Positions 1 to 9,145 of a DNA stretch of 64,000 bases are shown one piece after another (position 1 is the stretch's first letter; each line of letters begins with the position of its first letter). A model generated the notes under the pieces. The model was given only the letters and a program-made list of their open reading frames with translations. It was not told where the DNA came from and did no database searches. The translations under genes and the position numbers were made by a program. The stretch spans positions 1,812 through 65,811 of the forward strand of contig JBIIRM010000002.1 of NCBI GenBank assembly GCA_044341565.1, read 5' to 3'. The DNA comes from Minisyncoccia bacterium (GTDB taxonomy: Bacteria > Patescibacteriota > Minisyncoccia > SW-4-49-11).

Positions 1-303
1 AGGATGTTTACGATTGATTTTGGCTATACTATTTTCCATAATTTCATCAAAGCTAATATTTAGCTCATCTAATGTTAAATTAAAATACCATAACAAATCT
101 CCCAGTTCTTCTTTTACCTTTTTGGTGTCTAAAGGGGAAAGGGCTTTTTTGGATTTTTTAATTAAATCTAATACTTTTACCGATTCAGTGACAAGCCCGG
201 TGCTGGCATAATCTAATCGGGGAGAGGCATCTCCCGTATGAAAATCACTATAATTTGCATAATCGGTTCTAAGTGCTTGCTTTTTATAATCATTTAAATC
301 CAT
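1..303 (-). CDS. MazG-like nucleoside triphosphate pyrophosphohydrolase (partial, 3' end runs off the window)
   Basis: Not in the ORF track because there is no stop in the window. Hand translation of the minus strand from ATG at 303 gives MDLNDYKKQALRTDYANYSDFHTGDASPRLDYASTGLVTESVKVLDLIKKSKKALSPLDTKKVKEELGDLLWYFNLTLDELNISFDEIMENSIAKINRKHP. The EELGDLLWY ... NxxKxxRK pattern is typical of all-alpha MazG-type NTP-PPases. Confidence 0.55.
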   Translation of the reverse strand, partial: MDLNDYKKQALRTDYANYSDFHTGDASPRLDYASTGLVTESVKVLDLIKKSKKALSPLDTKKVKEELGDLLWYFNLTLDELNISFDEIMENSIAKINRKHP

Positions 304-307
304 ATAT

Positions 308-3286
308 TTATATTCCGTAATTGATAGCCCCAATAGTAGGAAATTTAGCTTTAGTTGAATTAAAGAATAATTGGAGATCTTCTAAAGGAAGTGGTCTATT
401 ATAGGCAGATATATGAGATATATTTCCTCGATCAAGATAATAGATAGATGTGGTATAGGGAGGAGTGATGAGATTAGATGGGTAAATATCTGGAGCAGTA
501 AATACAAGATCCCCATTAATATATAGCCTAATTGGTTCATTTATGGTATTCGTAATAGCAATATGATACCATTTATTAGCTTCTGGGAGTATATTCGTAT
601 TATATGTATACTCTAGATATTCATAATCATCAGTCAGGTTATTATATGTAGCGCTACCAGTATTTATCATAAAATAACCTGACTCTATATATACAGAGTT
701 ATTAAAGGAATCCATTTGATCACTAGCATACGTAGAAATTAACGTAGTAGTATTCTCATCTAATACGGGCTTCACCCAAGTCATATAGGTAGAATTAGCC
801 AGAGACTCATCACCAGATAAATCTGTATTTATTGTAGTATAGTCAGCTCCTCTTAAACTACCCCCCTCATTAGAATCATACATAATACTAGGGTCTAAGG
901 ATATATCTCTATCATTAGGACTTAAATCATTCCAAGTTGTACCGCTTCCAGGATAAGATTCTGCACATACGTCTACATACTGAAGCAGACCATTATTGAT
1001 AGGAGGAGAAATACAATCTGTAGGGAAAATAAATGGATTAGTAGCTGGTAATTCTGGAGTTTCCTTAAAACAACTAAATATACAATTAGCATTATTACGA
1101 AGAGTAGGGAATGACACACCATTGCTTTGCCAAATAGTATCAAAATTCCAAGTATTAAAACTATTAGTCTGATACATTTGAGAAGTTGTAAGTGGAGTAG
1201 CATTATCTGCGGAAGATGTCTGTAAACTCGTCTCAGTATTCCAATAATTATTAGTACTATTTACTGCTAAATCTCCAGGATTAGTCAAAACAAACTCAAC
1301 TTGTCCAGCAAAACCGTTATTAATAGGATTTATAGCAAGAGGATTTTCAGAAATGACTTTTCCAGTAGAATAGCTACTCCTAATAACAGAATCTGTATTA
1401 TTGCCAACAAATCCACCAGTATAGATGCCCAATAGGAGAGTGTCTGTAGGTCCGAATAAATCCGAATTAGGCAATATCATCACATTACCTGTGGCATAAG
1501 AATTATGAATACCTATTTCTATAGGAGGATTGGTGTCTGCAATAGTAATTTCTGTACTTTCACCACCCAATATTGGATTTACTCCCTGCATATTACCTAC
1601 AAATCCTCCTGCATAATCAGACCCAATAGACACATTACCTGTAGTATATGAATTCATAATAGAAGTAGTCGCTCCACTCATACTACCAACAAAACCACCA
1701 GCAGTATAGGTATCAACAGACACATTGCCCGTAGCATGGGAGTTGCGAATACTTCCGCCGCCCATTATAGCTACAAATCCTCCTCCATGACCTCCTAATT
1801 TTCCTATATCAGGCTCATATACTACAGTTACATCTCCATTAGCACAAGAATTGAGTATTTCACCATTCTGCATTTGTCCTACAAGTCCACCAATAGATGC
1901 CCCCCCATCAACATCTGCATTAGCTGTAGAATTAGATATAGTCCCATCTTCCATCCAACCTATAAGCCCACCAATAATATTTCCACTACCATGTACCTGT
2001 CCATTAACAAGAGAATTGTCTATAAGTCCATTATTCATCCAACCCACAAGTCCGCCTCCATAGTAACCAAATCTTGCCCAAGATACACCCTCTACAACAG
2101 CATTACGTATTTCAGTTGTACCATCTGCATATCCCACTAGACCTCCTACATAGTGCTTTGCTAATATATAATTATCTTGTAATACAATATCATAAATCTT
2201 TGCATTATTCGTACGAGAAAATAATCCTACATAATAATTAAAGCCATCATTAAACCATGACCCCTCACGATTAATAGTAAGCCCTAATATCCCATATCCA
2301 TTACCATCAAAAGTCCCTGTAAAAGGTTCATCCGTATACCCATCTCCACCGATAGGGATAAATCCAAGTCCTTCATTCCAAGTCTCAGTACCTGTGGCAT
2401 CAATATGATTACCAAGTTTATAGGCAGCATTTAAGTCTTCACTCATAGCCTGTAATTCCCAGTCATTGTTAATAATATATGGGTTTTCTTTGGTACCATT
2501 CCCTGCTAGATCTGTAAAGACCTCTTCAATATTGGTAGGTTCAGAATCATGAGGTGTAGAGAGAGTATTAATAATGGAAATCTGGTTACTATATGTGGTA
2601 CCAGAATTAGTAGTGACATAAGCTCGGACATAATAATTATTCCTAATTTGCATATCATTAAACGAGGAGTCAAAATTACCATCAATATCAGAAGAAGATA
2701 TAACATTGTCAGAAAGAGTTGGATTAGGAGTTGTAGAATAAACAATTCCATTCCCTAATATAGTAGTGTTACCAGCTATAATAACAGTATTAATATCTGC
2801 ACAAGTGGCATTACACTTTACAAGAGTAACATTGATACTTAAGGGAACTGGTAAATTAGGGGTATTGGGGATAGTAATAGTGGGAGTAGGAGTATTAGGA
2901 ATAATAGTAGGGGTAGGAGTAGTTGGTTTAGCTTTAGGCTTCTGAGCTAATTTTTTAGGAGGGATAATAGGAGTGATTTCTTCATCCACCTTAATTTCGG
3001 GCTCAGGAAGCTGAATATCTATATCTGGAGTATTAGGTATAGGGGCATTAGGCTTTATTGGAGTAGAGACTTTAGGAGGTATAGGTGTCTGAACCAGAGG
3101 AGCTTTATTAAAAAAGCCATTAAATAAAGAAGGAATAATCCCCCCAGCAATAACAATAACAAATAATAATAAAATAGCAGTAATAATAATTAATCTATTT
3201 CTTCTTTTCGCTTCTTGTTTTTTTTGTTCATTAAACCTGAGCTGTATAGCAGGATCCTGCTCTATATTAAAGGGGATATTTTCCAT
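308..3286 (-). CDS. Large membrane-anchored surface protein: N-terminal TM helix, Pro/Thr-rich stalk, GLUG-type glycine repeat region, C-terminal LamG/concanavalin-like domain
   Basis: 992-aa ORF. TM segment LIIITAILLLFVIVIAGGIIPSLF, then a P/T/K-rich spacer. Many GG(L/F)(V/I)G(Y/W/Q/S/N) repeats (GGLVGY, GGLVGW, GGLIGW, GGLVGQ, GGFVGS, GGFVGN). The C-terminal WYHIAITNTINEPIRLYINGDLVF resembles Laminin_G_3 lectin folds. Confidence 0.6.
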   Translation of the reverse strand: MENIPFNIEQDPAIQLRFNEQKKQEAKRRNRLIIITAILLLFVIVIAGGIIPSLFNGFFNKAPLVQTPIPPKVSTPIKPNAPIPNTPDIDIQLPEPEIKVDEEITPIIPPKKLAQKPKAKPTTPTPTIIPNTPTPTITIPNTPNLPVPLSINVTLVKCNATCADINTVIIAGNTTILGNGIVYSTTPNPTLSDNVISSSDIDGNFDSSFNDMQIRNNYYVRAYVTTNSGTTYSNQISIINTLSTPHDSEPTNIEEVFTDLAGNGTKENPYIINNDWELQAMSEDLNAAYKLGNHIDATGTETWNEGLGFIPIGGDGYTDEPFTGTFDGNGYGILGLTINREGSWFNDGFNYYVGLFSRTNNAKIYDIVLQDNYILAKHYVGGLVGYADGTTEIRNAVVEGVSWARFGYYGGGLVGWMNNGLIDNSLVNGQVHGSGNIIGGLIGWMEDGTISNSTANADVDGGASIGGLVGQMQNGEILNSCANGDVTVVYEPDIGKLGGHGGGFVAIMGGGSIRNSHATGNVSVDTYTAGGFVGSMSGATTSIMNSYTTGNVSIGSDYAGGFVGNMQGVNPILGGESTEITIADTNPPIEIGIHNSYATGNVMILPNSDLFGPTDTLLLGIYTGGFVGNNTDSVIRSSYSTGKVISENPLAINPINNGFAGQVEFVLTNPGDLAVNSTNNYWNTETSLQTSSADNATPLTTSQMYQTNSFNTWNFDTIWQSNGVSFPTLRNNANCIFSCFKETPELPATNPFIFPTDCISPPINNGLLQYVDVCAESYPGSGTTWNDLSPNDRDISLDPSIMYDSNEGGSLRGADYTTINTDLSGDESLANSTYMTWVKPVLDENTTTLISTYASDQMDSFNNSVYIESGYFMINTGSATYNNLTDDYEYLEYTYNTNILPEANKWYHIAITNTINEPIRLYINGDLVFTAPDIYPSNLITPPYTTSIYYLDRGNISHISAYNRPLPLEDLQLFFNSTKAKFPTIGAINYGI

Positions 3287-3394
3287 GAAGTATATTTTGT
3301 ATTTATTAAGATACTATTATTATAGCACAATTATTGAAAAAATATAATATTATGATATACTAAATATATTCTTAAAAATATACAAATATACGCT

Positions 3395-5149
3395 ATGAAA
3401 ACTGATTCTGAATTTGTTATTGCAATTGCGGGTAAGGCTGGACAAGGAGTGCTTAGTATGGGTGACTTTATACAGCACATTGCAAAAGATTTGGGATTAT
3501 ATAGTTTTATCTGGGTAGATTATCCTAGTCTTATTAAAGGGGGGCATAATATCGTATTTATTCGTATATCTAATATCCCTATATATGCTCCTGTTGAATA
3601 TATTAGTTATCTTATTGCTCTTGATGCTGAAAGTATAGAAATACATTTTGATGAAATTGTGAATAAAGGAGTTCTTATATATGATAATGATATTGTAAAA
3701 CAAAAAATTAGTCGTAAAATAACTAAAAAACAACAATTTTTTGGTGTAGGGGTGCCATTCAATGCTATTTCTCGAGGTATTAATAAATCATCTCGCTATG
3801 TGAATACCGCTGCAATAGCTGTATTACATTTTGTATTAAATTGGTCTTTAGATACATATACTCATATTATTGAAAAGAAATTCAAGAAGAAAAGCCAAAA
3901 AATTGTTGATGATAATATAGCGGCTTTGAATCAAGCTTATGCATATGTTGAGGAGCATTATGATCATATTTTTAGTAAGGAGCTTAATCAGGGAGAAGCA
4001 AAACCATATTATTCTATTAATGGAAGTCAGGCTTTGGCCTATGGAGCTATCAAGGCGGGGGTGAAATTTACCGCGGCTTATCCGATGACTCCGGCTACTC
4101 CCATATTTGATTCCTTAGCTCAATATGCCGATGAATATGGAATTATTGCCAAACAAGCTGAGGATGAGATTTCAGCAATTTGTATGACAGTAGGAGCTTC
4201 TTATGCAGGCGCTCGGGCTCTTACCATGTCATCAGGAGGGGGTTTTTCTTTAATGGTAGAGGCTTTGGGACTTGCTGGTATTACAGAAACTCCACTTGTC
4301 GTGATTAATGCAATGCGAGGGGGACCAAGTACAGGGCTTCCTACTAAAACTGAGCAATCAGATCTGCGATTTGTATTGCATGCCTCACAGGGGGAATTCC
4401 CAAGAGTAGTATTGGCTCCTGGAGATAGTGTAGAATTATATACTATGATACAAGAGGCATTTAATCTTGCTGATTTATATCAATTACCGGTACTTGTATT
4501 AACTGATAAATATTTAGCTACTTCACAAATGATATTCCCAAAAGATATTGATTTGAATGCAACTAATATTGATAGGGGAATATTAATTCATAGTAAAAGT
4601 GATATTGGGAGTGACAAATATGCTCGATATCTCTTTACCCAGGATGGTGTCTCTCCGAGAGCCCTTCCTGGTTCTCGAGGTATTACTTTTCATTCAGGAT
4701 CTGATGAACATAATGAGTATGGGGAAATTAGTGAAGATGCTCAAAATAGAGTGAAAATGATGGATAAGAGAATGAAAAAAGAGCATAGTCTTTTACCATC
4801 TATTCCAAAGCCAGAAGTATATGGTAATACTTATTCAGAAATTACTCTTATTAGCTGGGGGTCAACCAAATGGGCTTGTATTGAGGCAATAGAATTATTA
4901 GCTAAACATAATATTACTGCTAATGTAATACATTTTACTTATATATATCCTTTTAATATTCGGAAAACACAACCATTATTAAGTCGTATTAATAGAGCTA
5001 TAGTAGTAGAAAATAATGCTACGGGTCAATTCGCTGGACTTTTGAAACAGTATTTTAATTTTGAACCTGAGCATGCATTATTAAAATATGATGGACATCC
5101 TTTTTATCCGACTGAAATTAGTAATATTATTCGTAAAGAAATGTTTTAA
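3395..5149 (+). CDS. 2-oxoacid:ferredoxin oxidoreductase, alpha subunit (fused gamma+alpha domains)
   Basis: 584 aa. The N-terminal IAIAGKAGQGVLSMG is gamma-type; YPMTPATPI and a transketolase-like C-terminal domain follow. The TPP-binding beta subunit starts 4 nt downstream. Substrate (pyruvate or 2-oxoglutarate) cannot be told from sequence alone. Confidence 0.85.
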   Translation: MKTDSEFVIAIAGKAGQGVLSMGDFIQHIAKDLGLYSFIWVDYPSLIKGGHNIVFIRISNIPIYAPVEYISYLIALDAESIEIHFDEIVNKGVLIYDNDIVKQKISRKITKKQQFFGVGVPFNAISRGINKSSRYVNTAAIAVLHFVLNWSLDTYTHIIEKKFKKKSQKIVDDNIAALNQAYAYVEEHYDHIFSKELNQGEAKPYYSINGSQALAYGAIKAGVKFTAAYPMTPATPIFDSLAQYADEYGIIAKQAEDEISAICMTVGASYAGARALTMSSGGGFSLMVEALGLAGITETPLVVINAMRGGPSTGLPTKTEQSDLRFVLHASQGEFPRVVLAPGDSVELYTMIQEAFNLADLYQLPVLVLTDKYLATSQMIFPKDIDLNATNIDRGILIHSKSDIGSDKYARYLFTQDGVSPRALPGSRGITFHSGSDEHNEYGEISEDAQNRVKMMDKRMKKEHSLLPSIPKPEVYGNTYSEITLISWGSTKWACIEAIELLAKHNITANVIHFTYIYPFNIRKTQPLLSRINRAIVVENNATGQFAGLLKQYFNFEPEHALLKYDGHPFYPTEISNIIRKEMF

Positions 5150-5152
5150 TAT

Positions 5153-6022
5153 ATGAAACCAAAAAAAGACTTATCATCACATTATACTCAATCAACTCCA
5201 AACTGGTGTCCAGGATGTGGGAATTATGGAATTTGGGTGGCACTCAAAAATGCTTTACAAGAATTAAAAATCCCAGCTCATAAAGTGGTATTAGTGGGAG
5301 ATGTTGGATGTTCAGGTAAATTATCCTATTGGACAGATTATAACGGATTTGCTGGATTACATGGAAGATCTATTCCTATTGCTGAGGGAATAAAAATGGC
5401 TAATTCTGATCTTACTATTATTGTAGTAGGAGGGGATGGGGGATTATTAGGAGAAGGATTACAGCATTTTTTGCATGCTTGTCGTCGTAATGTAAATATA
5501 GCAGTTATATTACATAATAATCAGGTATATGGACTTACTACAGGTCAGACTTCACCAACTTCTGATCCTGGATATAAAAGTTCAACCACTCCAGAAGGAT
5601 CTTATGAAACACCCTTAAATCCATCTCTTTTAGCTCTTACCGCACAGGCAACTTTTGTATCAGCAAGCTTTGCGGGGAATGTTCCTCATTTGACTCAAAC
5701 TATTAAATCAGCTATTCTACATCCAGGATTTGCTCTAGTTGATGCGTATCAGCCTTGTGTGACATATAATTATATTAATACCTATGAATTCTATTCCAAG
5801 AGGGTATATGATGTAACAACAACTCCCTATAAACCTAATGATAGATTTCGTGCAATGAAAAAATCTACCGAAATTGAAGGGGGTAAAAAATTCCCAATAG
5901 GAATATTATTTCAGGATACGGAGAAGCCATCTTTGCAGGAAAATATTCAAAATAGAGTGAAGCCACTCGTAAAACAACCAATCAAAAATATTTCCGTTAA
6001 GTCTTTATTTGAACAAGATTAG
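5153..6022 (+). CDS. 2-oxoacid:ferredoxin oxidoreductase, beta subunit (TPP-binding)
   Basis: WCPGCGNYGI and VVGGDGGLLGEG thiamine-diphosphate motifs; tightly coupled to the alpha subunit. Confidence 0.85.
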   Translation: MKPKKDLSSHYTQSTPNWCPGCGNYGIWVALKNALQELKIPAHKVVLVGDVGCSGKLSYWTDYNGFAGLHGRSIPIAEGIKMANSDLTIIVVGGDGGLLGEGLQHFLHACRRNVNIAVILHNNQVYGLTTGQTSPTSDPGYKSSTTPEGSYETPLNPSLLALTAQATFVSASFAGNVPHLTQTIKSAILHPGFALVDAYQPCVTYNYINTYEFYSKRVYDVTTTPYKPNDRFRAMKKSTEIEGGKKFPIGILFQDTEKPSLQENIQNRVKPLVKQPIKNISVKSLFEQD

Positions 6023-6025
6023 TAT

Positions 6026-6850
6026 ATGTCAGCTAAAATAGGAAAACTTCATATTGATACATTAAGTAAAAAAGAAGTTTTATCTCGAATTGAAAATGCA
6101 ATTGAGAAAAAAGATATATTGCAAATTGTAACTCCCTATTCAGAATTTGTAGTGGAGGCAGAATATAATACTAAATTTAGGGATGCAATTAATGCTAGTG
6201 AATTAAGGTTACCAGATGGAATTGGAATATTATGGGCAGGAGCTTATTTAGCTCATAAATGGAAGAGTTTATGGGGATCTTTATATGCTATTATGAATCA
6301 AGATAGTAAATTATATGCTATTTTTCCAGAAAAAATTAGTGGCTCAGACTTGATTTATGATATATTAGCTCTTGCAAGCAAAGCAGGATCAAGAATATAT
6401 TTATTGGGAGCAACAGAAGATGTATCGATAGCTGTACAGCAATATATTCATCAAGAATATCCTCGTATTACAATTGCTGGACGCAATACCAAAAAAGTTA
6501 AATTACAAGACAATGAATTATATCAAGAAATATTAGATAGTCATTCAGATATTGTATTAATAGCTTTGTCTTATCCTAAACAGGAAATTATTGGAAGTCA
6601 GCTAAAACAGTATTTTATTAAATATAAGCATAAAGGAATTATTGCCTGTATAGGAGGAAGTCTAGATTTTATTGCAGGTAGCCAGAGACGAGCTCCGAAA
6701 TGGATGCAAAAGCTAGGGTTGGAGTGGCTATTTCGTATAATTCAGCAGCCCAAAAGGATTAGACGAATTTATAAAGCTACCGTAGAATATATTCTTCTAA
6801 TCTCGAAGTATAAATCAAATATTGACAAAAACAAGGATAATGCTGTATAA
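6026..6850 (+). CDS. WecB/TagA/CpsF-family glycosyltransferase
   Basis: LPDGIGILWA, KQEIIG, GGSLDFIAGSQRRAPKWMQKLGLEWLFRIIQQPKR are the characteristic Glyco_tran_WecG motifs. Confidence 0.85.
   Translation: MSAKIGKLHIDTLSKKEVLSRIENAIEKKDILQIVTPYSEFVVEAEYNTKFRDAINASELRLPDGIGILWAGAYLAHKWKSLWGSLYAIMNQDSKLYAIFPEKISGSDLIYDILALASKAGSRIYLLGATEDVSIAVQQYIHQEYPRITIAGRNTKKVKLQDNELYQEILDSHSDIVLIALSYPKQEIIGSQLKQYFIKYKHKGIIACIGGSLDFIAGSQRRAPKWMQKLGLEWLFRIIQQPKRIRRIYKATVEYILLISKYKSNIDKNKDNAV
6786..6829. repeat. Direct repeat copy A (44 bp perfect; similarity continues about 25 nt further). Covers the 3' coding end of the WecG-like gene plus a -35 box.
   Basis: AATATATTCTTCTAATCTCGAAGTATAAATCAAATATTGACAAA is identical at 9054-9097. 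Confidence 0.95.
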
Positions 6851-6851
6851 T
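6822..6851 (+). promoter_or_regulatory. Sigma70-type promoter for the pilin-propeller gene
   Basis: TTGACA (6822-6827), 18-nt spacer, TG then TATAAT (6846-6851). The -10 box overlaps the stop codon of the upstream gene. Confidence 0.5.
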
Positions 6852-6863
6852 TAATAAACATAT

Positions 6864-9017
6864 ATGAAAATAAAAATAAAAAGAGTAAAGAAAGGATTCA
6901 CCTTACTCGAGATACTACTCGTAATAGTCGCAATAGGAATATTAGCAGCAATAGTATTAGTAGCAATCAACCCAAATAGACAAATAAGCCAAGTAAGGAA
7001 TGCGCAAAGGAGGTCGGATGTCAATACATTATATAAAGCACTGGAACAATATCTAATAGATAATCAAGTATATCCAGCAGATATAGATGGAACAACATCA
7101 AAAGAAGTTTGTAATACAGGAACAAGAAGTATAACAGATGATCTCCCCGATGAAAATTATTGTGATGGAAAAGCCGACTTAAGAGTCTTAGTCCCAGATT
7201 ATATAGCAGCCATACCAGTAGATCCAAGTGGGAATAACTATACAGTAAGGAAAAATGAAAGTAATAGCAATAATATTAAAATTTGTGTTAATGCCCCTGG
7301 GGTAGAATTAGGAAAAATTATAAAAATAAACTGTGAAGGCGAGGATGTAGCCTCAGGAGTACTTTTGCCATCAGATATATCGCCTTTTATAGAAGGTTTT
7401 GATGATTCTCTTGGAGAGTCGTTGTACGACGAACCTGGCACTAACGATGGAAGCTATGGATATGTATTTAATACCACTGAAGAGAGTATTGTAAACGCTT
7501 TAGGTTTTTCAGCACAAGACAACTGGACAAACACCAATCTAACATATACAGTTCAACTTTTGTCTTTTTCTGTTAACCCAGAAGATCCTGACATAGAGAC
7601 CTCCCTTACCTACCTATCTCTAGCAGAACTCACATTCAATCCCAATGATCCCGACTTACTTTTAGTTGATGGTTACTACTGGAAGCCTCTTCCAACTCCT
7701 ATTAATCTTGCAGCGTCCTCAAGCGATCCATATACCGGTTATAGCATAGTCGCTATTGGTAACTTTACTGATAATTTAGATCTAACACTACGTGGTAATT
7801 TTAAGGAAATTGATGGGCAACCGATCTTCTCTTCTTTGGGACTATATGAATTTGGTGGCTATAATCAAGTAGGTGCTCCATTTTATCCTTTGCCAATTCA
7901 AAGTAATGATCAATATGGATATTGGAATACTAATATATCAATTAAGTCACTTCAGGATCCTACCCCTGAAGGCTTTAATGGCCGAGTCGAAACTTTGGCT
8001 ATTCAATCAGATGGTAAAATATTTGTGGGGGGATGGTTTACTAACTATGAAGGGGTTGATTCAGTAAATAAAATAACCCGTCTTAATAGTGATGGAAGTA
8101 GAGATGATACCTTTATAGGCTCAGGATTTGATTCAGAATATAACGATGATTTGGAAGTTACTAGAGTTGACACTATTGCCATCCAAGCTAATGGCAAGAT
8201 AGTAGTGGGAGGCTCATTTACCAGCTACCAAGGAATAGCATCTAATAGAATAATCCGTCTTAATAGTGATGGAAGTATAGATACAAGTTTTAATGTAGAG
8301 ATAGAGTTTGATGATTGGGTGAGCGCTATTGCTATCCAGTCAGATGGAAAAATATTAGTAGGAGCAGATTATAATAAAATAATCCGTCTGAATAGTAATG
8401 GAAGTATAGACAGTAGCTTTAATATAGGAACAGGTTTTAATAATGCTGTAACTAATATTACTTTACAAAGTGATGGAAAAGTATTGGTAGGAGGAGTTTT
8501 TACTGGATATAATGGAGAATTAGCTAATAGAATAACCAGACTTAATTCAAATGGAAGTATAGACACAAGCTTTAATATGGGTACAGGCTTTGATAGTTGG
8601 GTTAACACCATCGCCATACAGGATGATGGAAAGATAATAGTGGGTGGAAATTTTTCTAGTTATCAGGGAGTAACAGCTAATAAAATAATCCGTCTGAATA
8701 GTAATGGAAGTATAGACAGTAGCTTTAATATAGGAACAGGTTTTAATAATGCTGTAACTAATATTACTTTACAAAGTGATGGAAAAGTATTGGTAGGAGG
8801 AGTTTTTACTGGATATAATGGAGAATTAGCTAATAGAATAACCAGACTTAATTCAAATGGAAGTAGAGATCTTAGCTTTGATATGGGATCAGGATTTAAT
8901 AATACGGTACAAACAATAACCGTTGATAGTGATGGAAAGATAATAGTAGGAGGTGATTTTACTAGTTATAAAGATCAAATTGCTAATTATTTTATTATAA
9001 TATATGAAGAATTGTAG
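6864..9017 (+). CDS. Type IV pilin-like protein fused to a roughly seven-blade beta-propeller (delta-60/DUF5122-like repeats); candidate pilus-displayed adhesin
   Basis: 717 aa. The N-terminus [27 protein letters not shown] is a prepilin cleavage/methylation motif (G|FTLLE). The C-terminal half carries seven (I/L)Q(S/A/D)DGK(I/V)(I/L)VGG and six (I/T)RLNS(D/N)GS(I/R)DxSF repeats. Confidence 0.8.
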   Translation: MKIKIKRVKKGFTLLEILLVIVAIGILAAIVLVAINPNRQISQVRNAQRRSDVNTLYKALEQYLIDNQVYPADIDGTTSKEVCNTGTRSITDDLPDENYCDGKADLRVLVPDYIAAIPVDPSGNNYTVRKNESNSNNIKICVNAPGVELGKIIKINCEGEDVASGVLLPSDISPFIEGFDDSLGESLYDEPGTNDGSYGYVFNTTEESIVNALGFSAQDNWTNTNLTYTVQLLSFSVNPEDPDIETSLTYLSLAELTFNPNDPDLLLVDGYYWKPLPTPINLAASSSDPYTGYSIVAIGNFTDNLDLTLRGNFKEIDGQPIFSSLGLYEFGGYNQVGAPFYPLPIQSNDQYGYWNTNISIKSLQDPTPEGFNGRVETLAIQSDGKIFVGGWFTNYEGVDSVNKITRLNSDGSRDDTFIGSGFDSEYNDDLEVTRVDTIAIQANGKIVVGGSFTSYQGIASNRIIRLNSDGSIDTSFNVEIEFDDWVSAIAIQSDGKILVGADYNKIIRLNSNGSIDSSFNIGTGFNNAVTNITLQSDGKVLVGGVFTGYNGELANRITRLNSNGSIDTSFNMGTGFDSWVNTIAIQDDGKIIVGGNFSSYQGVTANKIIRLNSNGSIDSSFNIGTGFNNAVTNITLQSDGKVLVGGVFTGYNGELANRITRLNSNGSRDLSFDMGSGFNNTVQTITVDSDGKIIVGGDFTSYKDQIANYFIIIYEEL
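8372..8559 (+). repeat. Intragenic perfect duplication, copy 1 (188 bp, offset 306 bp)
   Basis: Nucleotide-identical to 8678-8865. Encodes KIIRLNSNGSIDSSFNIGTGFNNAVTNITLQSDGKVLVGGVFTGYNGELANRITRLNSNGS. Confidence 0.9.
8678..8865 (+). repeat. Intragenic perfect duplication, copy 2
   Basis: Identical to 8372-8559 by direct comparison of the sequence lines. Confidence 0.9.
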
Positions 9018-9053
9018 TAGATATCAATCTACCAAAAGAGTTATATCACATTA

Positions 9054-9097
9054 AATATATTCTTCTAATCTCGAAGTATAAATCAAATATTGACAAA
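9054..9097. repeat. Direct repeat copy B (non-coding here)
   Basis: Identical 44-mer to 6786-6829. Followed by a related stretch: CATAAGTATAATAATGTATAATTAA here versus AACAAGGATAATGCTGTATAATTAA in copy A. Confidence 0.95.
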
Positions 9098-9119
9098 CAT
9101 AAGTATAATAATGTATAAT
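9090..9119 (+). promoter_or_regulatory. Sigma70-type promoter for rpmF (duplicate of the promoter at 6822)
   Basis: TTGACA (9090-9095), 18-nt spacer, TG then TATAAT (9114-9119). Confidence 0.5.
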
Positions 9120-9145
9120 TAACAGTAATTAAGTAATTATTTTGT

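Noticed and set aside
973-2758. Internal or antisense ORFs within the GLUG-protein gene (973-1203, 1851-2063, 1874-2140, 2506-2751, 2549-2758). Analogous small ORFs sit inside other genes (e.g. 3497-3736, 7021-7441, 8369-8617, 10218-10442, 14741-14932, 16932-17177, 18731-19018, 19638-19844, 20829-21041, 23521-23712, 28173-28391, 33217-33528, 36474-36674, 38417-38982, 40271-40486, 41788-42054, 48046-48276, 49628-49858, 52920-53138, 55382-55648, 58532-58876, 61138-61593, 62228-62455, 62919-63242, 63581-63820).
   Set aside because: They are fully nested in, or antisense to, longer ORFs with clear family signatures. Their translations are low-complexity with no start context.
8372-8865. A repeat array that could be mistaken for a CRISPR or a mobile-element repeat.
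   Set aside because: There are only two copies. They are in frame inside a coding repeat domain, with a 306-bp period equal to two propeller blades.
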